Origin: Acidobacteriota bacterium
GTDB lineage: Bacteria; Acidobacteriota; UBA6911; RPQK01; JAJDTT01
Reading direction: 5' to 3'
Assembly: GCA_965209055.1 (NCBI GenBank)
Contig: OZ242374.1
Coordinates: 5,792,001 to 5,856,000 of the forward strand
Length of the DNA stretch: 64,000 nt
In this document: one piece after another, positions 28,779-38,313 of the stretch
How the letters are laid out: each line of letters begins with the position of its first letter
Numbering within the stretch: the first letter of the stretch is position 1
The notes under the pieces: model-generated
Told to the model about the DNA's origin: nothing
What the model saw: only the letters and a program-made list of their open reading frames with translations
The model's database searches: none
Position numbers and translations under genes: made by a program

Positions 28779-29583
28779 ATGAACCACAGCGAGATCACTA
28801 GCTTCATCTGGGGCGTGGCGGACCTGATCCGCGACACCTTCAAGCGCGGCAAGTACCAGGACGTGATCCTCCCGCTCACGGTGCTTCGCCGGCTCGACTG
28901 CGTGCTGGCCCCCACCAATTCACCATGGGCACGATCTTCGAGGAGCTCATCCGGAAGTTCAACGAGGCTCTGAACGAGAACCCGGGCGAGCACTTCACGC
29001 CCCGCGACGTGGTCCATCTCATGGTGGACCTGATGCTGGCCGGGGACGAGGATGAACTGCGCAGGAAGGGCGTTGCGCGGAGCGTCTACGACCCTTGCTG
29101 CGGCTCGGGCGGCATGCTCACCATCGCCAAGGAGCACACGACCCTCGGCGGGATCCGGGAGGGCGAGCGCCTGGGCGACCCCGTGAACCCGGACGCCGAC
29201 ATCCACCTGTTCGGGCAGGAGGTGAACCCGGAGACCTTCGGCATCTGCAAGTCGGACCTCTTCATGAAGTCGAAAGACGGCCGCGACGCGAACAGGGTCC
29301 TCTTTGGAAGCACGCTCTCGAACGACCGGCACGCCGGAACCGGCTTCGACTACATGATCGCCAATCCACCCTACGGCAAGGACTGGAAGCGCGACCGGGA
29401 CGCGGTGCGGGCCGAGCACGACCGGGGCGCCGCGGGCCGCTTCGCACCGGGCCTGCCCCGGATCAGCGACGGCCAGCTCCTGTTCCTGCTGCACATGCTC
29501 GCGCACGCCAAGGAACCGGCCCAGGGCGGCTCGCGGGTGGCCATCATTGTGAACGGTCCCCCCTCTTCACGGGCGATGCTGGA
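28779..29583 (+). pseudogene. hsdM: Type I R-M methyltransferase HsdM remnant
   Basis: N-terminus (FIWGVADLIRDTFKRGKY) jumps out of frame to MGTIFEELIR...GEHFTPRDVV...DPCCGSGG...ANPPYG. A 1-nt frameshift falls at NGSPLFTGDAG, after which the gene is truncated. Confidence 0.88.
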
Positions 29584-29585
29584 AG

Positions 29586-29714
29586 AGATGCGCGACGGTC
29601 CCAGCACCGGAATCGCTGCCGGAGTGGGAACGGCAGCACAGTCGGCTGAAAGTCGGCCGGGCTGCCGATTTTCTCCACACTACCGAAGGTCCGGAAAGTC
29701 ACGAGGACAATTGA
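29586..29714 (+). pseudogene. Possible 3' remnant of an antitoxin gene
   Basis: Startless frame ...PAPESLPEWERQHSRLK...HEDN-stop ending 5 nt before the PIN gene; positional inference only. Confidence 0.3.
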
Positions 29715-29719
29715 GGCGC

Positions 29720-30139
29720 GTGCGTGACTCTTTGTTCGTGGACGCCAACGTGTTCATGTACCTTGCGGGCGGTGATGCCCGGTACCGGGAGGCCTGCCGA
29801 CGGGCTCTGCTGGCTGCGATTGAGCAGGGGATCTCGTTGATCACCAGCACAGGTGTACTGGAGGAGATCCTCCACTACCATGCCGCCCGAAGGCGGCCCG
29901 AAGACGCCCGTACCGTGTATGGTGCAGTGACCGAAATCTGCGAAGAGATACTACCGGTGACGGAACTCCAAACGGCCCGTGCGCTTGAGCTACTGGTGCG
30001 GCATTCTGGGTTGCCGGCACGAGATGCCCTGCACGTCGCGACGATGGAGGCCCACGGAGTCGAGCGGATGCTGTCGGCAGACCGGCACTTCGATCAGATC
30101 GACAACGTCATTTGTGTCGACCCGCTCGCCCCCCCTTGA
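29720..30139 (+). CDS. PIN-domain (VapC-type) toxin
   Basis: FVDANVFMY, VLEEIL, RDALHVATM, SADRHFD acidic PIN residues; GAGG RBS before GTG. Confidence 0.85.
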   Translation: MRDSLFVDANVFMYLAGGDARYREACRRALLAAIEQGISLITSTGVLEEILHYHAARRRPEDARTVYGAVTEICEEILPVTELQTARALELLVRHSGLPARDALHVATMEAHGVERMLSADRHFDQIDNVICVDPLAPP

Positions 30140-30398
30140 TCCTCCGCCTGCCCTGGACGACCAACAGGCGGAGAAGGAAACAGTCGTCATGCCGCAAGAC
30201 ATGACGGCGGGTTGATCTCCGGGCGCGAGCGTCTCAGTCACGCGAGATCCCAGCCAAGCGGTTCAGAACGGCCTGAACACCCAGATTTTCGACCGCCACG
30301 GGTTTCCCGCTTGCGTTGTGCCGATGGAGGGTGCGTTGCCACCAGACCTGTTCATGGAATACACAATGGTCATCAACGCGAGGTAGACCATGTCTCTG

Positions 30399-32381
30399 TC
30401 AGACCGAATCGGAACTTCACTTCGGGTAGTCGGTCTAACTGTTTCTCTATCAGGAAGATAGACGAAATCAACCTGGCCATTTACTGGCAACAAATCGGGT
30501 CGGATCCACGCCGAGCAAATCGAAAGCCTTCGCCTGCACCGGCGTCGGCTTGGCGAACATCGCAAACGGATGCTGCGGGGCGTTCGGCAGAGCCACCTGG
30601 TTCAGGGTGAGCGTTCCGAGATTCGCCAGCAGCGTCCGGAGGCTCTGCACCGGGAGCCCGTCAGCCGTCCGCTTGCGCGCGGCCTTGGACTTCGTGCGCT
30701 CGGACACCTGCGCTTTTTCCACCGGGGATTTCCGCAGCGCTCGCGCCCCGGCCCGATCCTCCTCCTCGAACAGCAGCGGCGCCAGGGCTCGCCGCAGGTG
30801 CCACTCCAGGTAATACGCCAGCAGACACAGAAAGACGTGCCCGCGCACATGGGCCTCGCTGTAGACGTACACCGGGCGCAGGGCCAGCTGCGCCGTCTTG
30901 AGCGAGCGAAACGCCCGTTCCACCCGGGAGAGACTCTTGTACGCCTCCACCGCCTCCGAAGCCCCGATCTCGGAGGCCGCCAGGCTGGTGCGCACGATGT
31001 AGATGCCATCCAGTTGAGCCTCCGCGTCGATCTTCTCCTGGTTCCTGGACCAGCGGATGTCGTCGTCTCTCACCTCGATCCGGAAGTGCTTGGCGACCTT
31101 CTTGCGGTTCACGTCCCGGCCCACCCGGCGGTTGATCGCCTGTTGGCCGCGCAGCCGCGATCTCGGGGAGCGCACAGCCTTGGCGATTGTCTCCAGGATC
31201 TTTTCGGTCGCGCGGAGCAGTTCCTCCCGCTTGCGGGCGCGGTCCTCGCGCAAGCGGGGATTGAGGCAGACCAGCAAGCGTTCTCCGGGAAATTCCGGGC
31301 TGAGGATCTCCGCGACCCCGTCCGGAACCAACTCGCCCGGCCGCAACGGAGCCGGCTGATCTCCTTCAGTGCCCGATTTGGACGGCCGCATCAGCTTGCG
31401 GATGGCGTCGGTTCTCAAGGCCGAGATCCAGGCCAGTCCGGCCGGTGAGAGATCCTCGCGCAGCCGCGCCGTGGTGAGCATGCCCCGATCCCCGACCAAG
31501 GCGATGGACTCGATGCCGAAACGCCCCTGGATCTTCTCGACCTGCGACGCCACCGTCTTCGGATCCCCCGTGTTGCCGGAGAAGACCTCCACGGCCAGCG
31601 GGCAGCCGTCCTCGGCGCACAGCAGACCGAAGACGATCTGGGGCTTGCCTTTCTTGCCGTCCCGGTTATGGCCGAACGCGGCCAGAGGACAGGAGCGTCC
31701 CTCCAGATAGCTGGAGGAGACGTCGTAAAGCAGCAGGGTCCGGCCCTCCAGATGCCGTCGCGCCAAGCTCTTCTCGATCCAGACCTGGCGGCGAACCAAC
31801 CAGTCGAGCATGCCGAGCATCTCGTTGCCGTGGACCGGCCCGAGGCCGAGGAGCGGGCCGAGGCTGGTGGTGGCGGTCTGGGGAGACAGGTTCCGGGCGG
31901 TGGCGAGCTTGGAAGCGGGATCCAGCACGCGGGCGACGATGGCGGCGAGGGCGAGGTCGCGGTTGCGGCTGCGGTTGCGGTGCAGGAGGCGTGTCAGACC
32001 GAGTTGGCGGGCGAGGCCGAGGAGAGCAGCGACATGGCCGTGGGGCAGGGCGCGGCGAATGGAGAGGGTGTCGTCCAGGGGGTGGAAGACTTGACCACCC
32101 TTGAGCAGGGCGCGGATGCCGTCGACGATTTCCGGGGGGAGCTTGGAGAGGTTGGCGAGGGTGGTGCGGCGGATGCGTTTGCCCTCGCGTTTGGCGTGGC
32201 GGAAGAGGATGGCAGGGGGGCTGTTGCGGTTGGGGATGACATCGACGTGGTAGGACATGGGGAGGCGACCTCTTACATGGAAACAGTAATGAGCACTGAT
32301 ATACAAATGATACAGGATAATACTGACAAACACACCGATCCCATACATGGAAACAAATATCCAGTTAGAGAGTGAGTCTAG
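30399..32381 (-). mobile_element. IS1634-family insertion sequence (ends approximate)
   Basis: Transposase plus an upstream end reading CTAGACTCACT on the minus strand at 32381, sub-terminal direct repeats TACATGGAAACA (about 32274 and 32344), and a weakly matching opposite end TCAGACC at 30399. Confidence 0.7.
30468..32258 (-). CDS. IS1634-family DDE transposase
   Basis: PNRNSPPAIL...TLANLS, LYDVSSSY, VGDRGM, VERAFRSLK, VRGHVFLCLLAY. Confidence 0.9.
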   Translation of the reverse strand: MSYHVDVIPNRNSPPAILFRHAKREGKRIRRTTLANLSKLPPEIVDGIRALLKGGQVFHPLDDTLSIRRALPHGHVAALLGLARQLGLTRLLHRNRSRNRDLALAAIVARVLDPASKLATARNLSPQTATTSLGPLLGLGPVHGNEMLGMLDWLVRRQVWIEKSLARRHLEGRTLLLYDVSSSYLEGRSCPLAAFGHNRDGKKGKPQIVFGLLCAEDGCPLAVEVFSGNTGDPKTVASQVEKIQGRFGIESIALVGDRGMLTTARLREDLSPAGLAWISALRTDAIRKLMRPSKSGTEGDQPAPLRPGELVPDGVAEILSPEFPGERLLVCLNPRLREDRARKREELLRATEKILETIAKAVRSPRSRLRGQQAINRRVGRDVNRKKVAKHFRIEVRDDDIRWSRNQEKIDAEAQLDGIYIVRTSLAASEIGASEAVEAYKSLSRVERAFRSLKTAQLALRPVYVYSEAHVRGHVFLCLLAYYLEWHLRRALAPLLFEEEDRAGARALRKSPVEKAQVSERTKSKAARKRTADGLPVQSLRTLLANLGTLTLNQVALPNAPQHPFAMFAKPTPVQAKAFDLLGVDPTRFVASKWPG

Positions 32382-32430
32382 CAAACCGTAACCGGCGCTA
32401 TTTCAATGATTTGCTAGGGCTTGGGGGGCA

Positions 32431-32703
32431 GTGAAGTTCCGCCGAATCAAGCCGATCAGAGACCTGAAAGCCCACGCATCCGAGGGGACCCGCACGCTCA
32501 AGGACCAGTCCGACCCTCTGATCGTCACTCAGAACGGCGAAGCCAAGGCGGTTGTGCAAGACATCGACAGCTACGAGCGAATGCAGTCGAGCGTCGCCCT
32601 GCTCAAGATGCTTGCGCTTGGCAACCGTCAGATTGAAGCTGGGCAGGTGCAGCCGGCCGAACGGGTCATTGCGCGGCTTCGGGAACGGCAACAGGCCGAT
32701 TGA
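32431..32703 (+). CDS. Phd/YefM-family antitoxin
   Basis: IKPIRDLKAHA...PLIVTQNGEAKAVV. Confidence 0.88.
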   Translation: MKFRRIKPIRDLKAHASEGTRTLKDQSDPLIVTQNGEAKAVVQDIDSYERMQSSVALLKMLALGNRQIEAGQVQPAERVIARLRERQQAD

Positions 32704-32707
32704 CGCC

Positions 32708-32932
32708 ATGGCGCAGTTGACCGATGGCGCCGCAGACGACTTGGAAGGGATCGTCGACTTCTTCTCCGGTCAGGATACGCCAGGGAGAACGGAACATGTT
32801 CTCAAACGGATCGGACAGGCCTTCCAATCGCTGTCCGCGTTCCCCGAACATGGGAGCTGCCCGAGGGAGTTGTTGGACCTCGGAGTTCGGGAGTACCGCC
32901 AACTGCTCTACAACACGGGTTCCGCCGTTTGA
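32708..32932 (+). pseudogene. RelE/ParE-family toxin, C-terminally truncated
   Basis: LTDGAADDLEGI...LSAFPEHG...ELLDLGVREYRQL then a stop; the usual YRIIY...HGRR C-terminal part is absent. Confidence 0.7.
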
Positions 32933-33042
32933 TGGCGCCTCACTGAAGGGGACGGCGGGGTGACGGCTTCGCGGGCCTGGTCGAAGCAAGAAAAAAACGT
33001 CGGCACTTGCTTGTAGGTGCCGACAGTTGTTACGTTTCATTT

Positions 33043-33645
33043 ATGCCTGAACTCACTGTGACCGCGCTCGAAGCAGCCGGCCTTGGAGCCTTCTTCCGGC
33101 CGCGAGACGTCGAAGCGCTCGGTGTCCCGTACCGTCGCCTCCGCGGACTCGTCGCGGCCGGCGCCGTTGAGAACCTCGGCGGCGGCCTTTACCGGCTGGC
33201 CGAGGTCGAGCCGACGGAGTTGGAAACGGTCGCCATGGTGGCGGCTGCGGTGCCGCACGCGATCGTCTGCCTGATGACCGCGCTACGAGTATACGAGATC
33301 GGAACCGAATCCCCTCACGAAGTCTGGATAGCGATCAACCGCAAGGCGCGCCGGCCCGCCCGAGTGCCGACGCAGGTTCGCGTGGTCTGGTTCTCGAAGG
33401 CGATGCTCACATACGGGGTCGTTAGCCGCCGGATGCTCGGCGTGCCTGTTGCCATCACATCGCCGGCCCGGACGGTCGTGGACTGCTTCCGGTACCGCAA
33501 CAAATTTGGCCTCGACACCGCTCTGGAAGCGCTCCGGGATGTCCTGCGCCAACGGCTCGCCACCGTGGATGAGATCATGCGTGCAGCCAGCGTCTGCCGG
33601 GCACGCACGGTCCTGCAGCCCTACATGGAAGCGGTTCTGTCGTGA
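33043..33645 (+). CDS. AbiEi-family (type IV TA) antitoxin
   Basis: GGGLYRL, AIVCLMTAL, PARTVVDCFRYRNKFGLDTALEAL. Confidence 0.88.
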   Translation: MPELTVTALEAAGLGAFFRPRDVEALGVPYRRLRGLVAAGAVENLGGGLYRLAEVEPTELETVAMVAAAVPHAIVCLMTALRVYEIGTESPHEVWIAINRKARRPARVPTQVRVVWFSKAMLTYGVVSRRMLGVPVAITSPARTVVDCFRYRNKFGLDTALEALRDVLRQRLATVDEIMRAASVCRARTVLQPYMEAVLS

Positions 33646-34583
33646 GGACACGTCCACTCAAGAACGTCGCGGCGTCCGTCCGCGACCGGCTGCTCGCTCG
33701 CAGCCGCGAGACTGGCGAGGATTTTCAGTTTCTTCTCTGGAGATATGTGGTCGAACGATTCCTTTTCCGTCTCAGCCATTCGCCCTACCGTGATCACTTC
33801 GTTCTGAAGGGGGCCATGCTCTTCGCCGTCTGGAACGAGTCGCTCCACCGGCAGACCCGGGACATTGACTTCGCCGCCTATGGCGACTCGGAAACCGACG
33901 ACTTGGTGACGGCGTTGCAGCAAGTTTGCCGTACCGGCGTCGACGACGACGGCGTCGTCTTCCACGCCGACCAAATCAGCAGCAGCACAATCCGCGGCAC
34001 AACGGACCAGGGCGGCACCCGCTTCCGTTTCCCGGCGACCGTTGGCCGAGCCCGCATCACTGTGCAGGTGGACATCGGCGTCGGCGATTCGATTCAACCA
34101 CCGCCGGCGGATGCCGAATTCCCGACGCTGCTCGGCACCGCCAAGTACCGCGTTCGCGCGTACCCCAAGGAAGCGGTCGTATCCGAAAAGTTCCATGCCA
34201 CGGTCGTGCACGGTGCGCAGACGAGCCGGTACAAGGATTTCTTCGACCTGTACGAATTGGCCCGGTGCTTCCGCTTCGACGGCGTGCGACTCGTGCAGGC
34301 CCTTGCCGCGACTTTCCAAAACCGTAGTTCACCGACCGACGATGTACCGCTCTCTCTGACCAGGGGTTTCTATACAGACCTCGCGCGGGGCGACCGCTGG
34401 CGCGCCTATCTGACCAAGCGCGGCCGCCTGTCGGCTCCCATGGACTTCGGCGCTATCGGTGAACTCGTCATACTTTTCTTAGCACCGCCGTGGCGTGCCC
34501 TGGCACATGGAGACCGTTTCGTCGCCACGTGGCCTGGCGGCGGGCCGTGGCACTCAAAGATTCGGGCTCGGACGGGAAGTTAA
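33642..34583 (+). CDS. AbiEii-family nucleotidyltransferase toxin
   Basis: ASVRDRLL, FVLKGAML, RQTRDIDF, SEKFHA, SRYKDFFDL; GTGA overlap with the antitoxin. Confidence 0.9.
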   Translation: MRTRPLKNVAASVRDRLLARSRETGEDFQFLLWRYVVERFLFRLSHSPYRDHFVLKGAMLFAVWNESLHRQTRDIDFAAYGDSETDDLVTALQQVCRTGVDDDGVVFHADQISSSTIRGTTDQGGTRFRFPATVGRARITVQVDIGVGDSIQPPPADAEFPTLLGTAKYRVRAYPKEAVVSEKFHATVVHGAQTSRYKDFFDLYELARCFRFDGVRLVQALAATFQNRSSPTDDVPLSLTRGFYTDLARGDRWRAYLTKRGRLSAPMDFGAIGELVILFLAPPWRALAHGDRFVATWPGGGPWHSKIRARTGS

Positions 34584-34589
34584 GAGACC

Positions 34590-35336
34590 GTTACCGACGC
34601 AAACGAACGGATCACCAAGCGTCAACAACGCCGATTCCTTCCGTACCCGAAGTATAGGTATTCCGGCGTCGAGTGGGTGGGTGAAATCCCAGCGCACTGG
34701 GAGTCTTTCGAGAATCCCGAGTACCTCTTCCTGGTGGTCGCCAACAAGTTCCAGACCGGCTTCGACCAGCCGCTGCTTCACACCATGTACGTGGACAAGA
34801 AGCTGGGCGGCGTGAACGCGGTCCAGACGCTGTCCCGCCTGAATCGGACCCACGCCGGCAAGCGGGGAACGATGGTGCTCGACTTCGCCAACGAAGCGGA
34901 GGAGATCAAGAAGGCCTTCGATCCTTACTACGAGACTACCCTCCTCTCGGAGGAGACCGATCCCAACCTCCTCTACGAGGTTCAGGGCAGGCTGCTCGAC
35001 TTCGGCGTATTTGCCGAAGCCGACGTCGAAACCTTCGCGCGAGCGTTTTTCGATCCGAAGGCGGGCCAGGACAAACTCTACGCGGCGCTGGAACCGGCGC
35101 GGCAGCGCTTCGCCGATCTGGTGCCGGACGAGGGACGCGAATTCCGCGGCCAGCTCACCGACTACGCGCGCCTCTACGCCTTCCTCTCCCAGGTGCTGAC
35201 GTTCGCCGACACCGACCTGGAGAAGCTCTACGTCTTCGCCCGGCACCTCCGGAAGCTGCTGTCGATCGCCCGGGAAGCGCTGCCTCTCGAGATCCGGGAC
35301 GCCATCGACATGGAGTCCTTACGGATTCGAAGGTAA
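34590..35336 (+). pseudogene. Chimeric remnant: HsdS N-terminus joined to an HsdR C-terminal fragment
   Basis: PYPKYRYSGVEWVGEIPAHWE (HsdS start motif) runs directly into VANKFQTGFDQPLLHTMYVDKKL...AVQTLSRLNR (HsdR helicase motifs), which then stops early. Confidence 0.85.
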
Positions 35337-35638
35337 TCGGCATCGCCCACGACCGTCTGGAAACCGACGACAAGTTCATGTTGCACCTGGCCCAGGTCGT
35401 GCGAAACGGACTCGGCGACCGCGTTGGCACCTGCATCGATCCCAAGACGCAGATTGTGGAGGGGAAGACCGTCTGTCTCGTGAGTTGCCAGCGAAGTCCA
35501 GAGGCAGTCAACCTACGGTGGAAGGGTCTGGAAAAAACCGCGAAGGGCGATCTCTACGTCCGGAGCGGCCCCGGCACGGTGCGGCTGAGCGAGAAGGATG
35601 CCGGGAAGTACGTCGCCACCCGGTTCGGCTCGGAGTGA
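35333..35638 (+). pseudogene. C-terminal fragment of an AlbA_2/Schlafen-like protein
   Basis: VIGIAHD...VEGKTVCLVSC...LYVRSGPGTVRLS...YVATRF resembles AlbA_2 C-termini; the N-terminus is missing. Confidence 0.55.
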
Positions 35639-35805
35639 GACTTGCCTGAAAAACACCTGTGGAACTGCTGTCGGAATGCTGTCGAGAGGCTGTGGACCGG
35701 CTGTTGGAGAGTTGTGGATCAAGAGTCCGTCAACTCGATCCCACCGGAATCCCGGACGACCTGTCCGCCCCAATACTGACAGGGTAAGTCGTGTAGAATG
35801 TAACG

Positions 35806-38154
35806 GTGCCCCCTCGAAGAAGACCCGCCTCCCGCAAGAAACCGTCCCCCCGCCGGCGCCGCTTTCTGGTCTGGGCCACCTGCGCCGTCCTGATCATCGC
35901 CGCGGCGGTGACCGGAACCCTCACCGGCATGGTTCTGACCTGGGGATTCGAACTGCCACAGGTCTGGGAACTGCAGCAGACCAGCCCGGACGTCATCTCG
36001 GAGGTCTATTCGTCGGACGGCCGGATTCTGGGCATCTTCGCGAATGAGAAGAGGCAGGTCGTCACCTACGACAAGATTCCGGATACGGTGAAGAACTCGA
36101 TTCTGGCGGCCGAAGACTCGGACTTCTTCCAGCACGCCGGCATCGACTTCCGCCGGCTCATCTACACCGTATTCCGGAATATCGCCTACGGAGAACGAAA
36201 AGGCGCCTCCACCATCACCATGCAGTTGAGCAAACTGCTGCTGACCAGTCCCGAAGTGACGATCAAGCGCAAGATTCAGGACATGATCTTCGCCATCCAG
36301 ATCGAGCGCACCATGTCCAAGGAGCAGATCTTCACCCGCTACGTCAACCAGTTGTACCTGGGACACGGCAGACACGGGCTGGCGGCCGCCTCCGAGTTCT
36401 ACTTCCAGAAAACCATGGACGCGCTGGAGTGGCACGAAGCGGCCCTGCTGGTGGGACTGTTTCCGAACCCCGCCAAGTATTCTCCGATCAACCATCCCAA
36501 AGTGGCCGTCAAGCGGCGCAACTGGGTCCTGGAACGGGCCTACGAGGAAGGTTTCATCGATGCGGGGACTCTGCGAACCCAGATTCAGGAGCCCTTGGCC
36601 CTGAAGACATGGACCCGGCAACAGGCGTCGGCCCCCTATTTCGTGGAATGGGTGCGCCAGTATCTGGAGAAACGGTACCCGGGCGGAGAAATTCACAGGC
36701 GGGGCCTTAAGATCTACACCACGCTGGATTACGAGTTTCAAAATGCGGCCGAAAGGGCGCTTCGCGACGGATTGAAGGCCTTCGACAAGAAGCGGCCGAG
36801 ATGGCGCGGCGCCAAAGAGAACATCCTCGAGGCCGGCAAGAAGTTGGATGGGTACTGGCGTACCGACTGGAACACGATTTTCTCCCCCGGCCAAATGGTC
36901 CATGGCCTCGTTCTTCGGTCGGACCAGCGCTCTGCAGAAGTGAAGGTCGGCAGCTACCGGGCCACGGTTCGGCCCGGCCATGTGGAATGGACCGGCAAGA
37001 AGCGGCTGGACCGGGTCCTCAAGGCGGGTGACGTTTGTTCCTTCACCCTCGAAAGCATCAATCGTGAGAAACGGACCGTCGAAGTCATGCTGGACCGCAT
37101 TCCCGAGGTCCAAGGGGCGTTGATGGCCATCGAGAGCGAAACCGGCGCCATTCGAGCCATGGTCGGAGGATTCGACTTTCGATACAGCAAGTTCAATCGT
37201 GCCACCCAGGCGGAGAGACAACCCGGTTCCGTCTTCAAGCCCTTCACTTACGTGGCAGCGGTGGAAAGCGGCTACTCGCCGGAGGACACCGTGCTGGACA
37301 AGCCGGTGGAGTTTCTGGACGGTCTGGGGCGCCCCTACCGTCCGGTGAACGCGGACGAGAAATTCAAGGGCCTCATCCCCATCCGCCAGGCCCTGGCGGA
37401 ATCCCGAAACGTCCCCACCCTTCGTCTGGCCAACGCCATGGGGGTCGAGAGAATCGTCGACGTCGCGCACCGGTTCGGGATCCAACGGGATATCCCGCTC
37501 TATCTCCCCACCGCACTGGGGGCGGGCGAAGTCACTCTGGAGGAGATCACGTCCGCCTTCAGCGCCTTCCCCAACGGCGGAGTCCGGGTCCACCCCTATT
37601 ACATCGACCGGGTGGAGGACGCCAACGGTGTCCTTCTGGAGCGGCACGAGACCAGCGTGGACGAGGTCGTCAAAAGGGGGACCGCCGAAGCGTTGGTGGA
37701 TCTTTTGAGAAACGCAGTCCTGACGGGAACCGGCCGCAAGGCCCGGAGTTTGCCCATTCCGGTCGCCGGGAAGACGGGCACCACCAACGACTGTACCGAC
37801 AGTTGGTTCGTGGGATTCAGCAAGCTGCTCACCGCCGGCGTCTGGGTGGGGCACGACACCAAGGTATCGATGGGGGAAAGGGTCTACGGCAGCACTCTTG
37901 CCCTTCCCATCTGGATCGAATTCATGAAGGCCACCGTGGACAAGACGCCCCCGGGAAACTTCGGGACCGAGCTCTACGCCGCCCGCCGAGCCGCGTCAGT
38001 TCCTGCAACGGTGGAAGAGGCGGACCTGGTTGACGGGGGCTCCGATGATGCCGATTCCGGGGAAGGAGACTCAGGGGAGTCCGAGAAACCCAGGCCGAAT
38101 CCGAGACCGCTCCCGAACATCATCGAAGAGGACATTCCTGCGCCGTCCTTCTAA
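35806..38154 (+). CDS. mrcA: Class A penicillin-binding protein 1A
   Basis: EDSDFFQH, GASTITMQL, RQPGSVFKP (SxxK), SRN, GKTGTTN. Confidence 0.93.
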   Translation: MPPRRRPASRKKPSPRRRRFLVWATCAVLIIAAAVTGTLTGMVLTWGFELPQVWELQQTSPDVISEVYSSDGRILGIFANEKRQVVTYDKIPDTVKNSILAAEDSDFFQHAGIDFRRLIYTVFRNIAYGERKGASTITMQLSKLLLTSPEVTIKRKIQDMIFAIQIERTMSKEQIFTRYVNQLYLGHGRHGLAAASEFYFQKTMDALEWHEAALLVGLFPNPAKYSPINHPKVAVKRRNWVLERAYEEGFIDAGTLRTQIQEPLALKTWTRQQASAPYFVEWVRQYLEKRYPGGEIHRRGLKIYTTLDYEFQNAAERALRDGLKAFDKKRPRWRGAKENILEAGKKLDGYWRTDWNTIFSPGQMVHGLVLRSDQRSAEVKVGSYRATVRPGHVEWTGKKRLDRVLKAGDVCSFTLESINREKRTVEVMLDRIPEVQGALMAIESETGAIRAMVGGFDFRYSKFNRATQAERQPGSVFKPFTYVAAVESGYSPEDTVLDKPVEFLDGLGRPYRPVNADEKFKGLIPIRQALAESRNVPTLRLANAMGVERIVDVAHRFGIQRDIPLYLPTALGAGEVTLEEITSAFSAFPNGGVRVHPYYIDRVEDANGVLLERHETSVDEVVKRGTAEALVDLLRNAVLTGTGRKARSLPIPVAGKTGTTNDCTDSWFVGFSKLLTAGVWVGHDTKVSMGERVYGSTLALPIWIEFMKATVDKTPPGNFGTELYAARRAASVPATVEEADLVDGGSDDADSGEGDSGESEKPRPNPRPLPNIIEEDIPAPSF

Positions 38155-38161
38155 GAAAAAC

Positions 38162-38302
38162 GGGGGGGCGATTTCCTATCTCCCGGTTTTCGTTGCCAAG
38201 TTTGTCAGTCAGGAGTTCGGCGATTGGAAATCGCCGCTCCAGTTCGGCGGTTAGGAAACCGCCGCTCCCCATGATGAAGGGGGGACAAGAATTTCCCCTT
38301 CC
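38162..38302. repeat. Cluster of GGAG-type REP palindromes
   Basis: Degenerate left REP 38162-38184, inverted REPs 38218-38240 and 38245-38268, and a second-class REP (GGGGACAAGAATTTCCCC) at 38281-38302. Confidence 0.8.
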
Positions 38303-38313
38303 GGGTCATTGCA

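Noticed and set aside
28925-30139. Novel HsdM-PIN fusion protein
   Set aside because: The join follows a 1-nt frameshift at NGSPLFTGDAG in a truncated hsdM, and the PIN gene has its own RBS and GTG start.
34677-35336. Functional small HsdS-HsdR protein
   Set aside because: It has only about 20-38 residues of HsdS and a partial helicase C-terminus, with no nuclease or Walker motifs; a deletion scar is the simpler reading.
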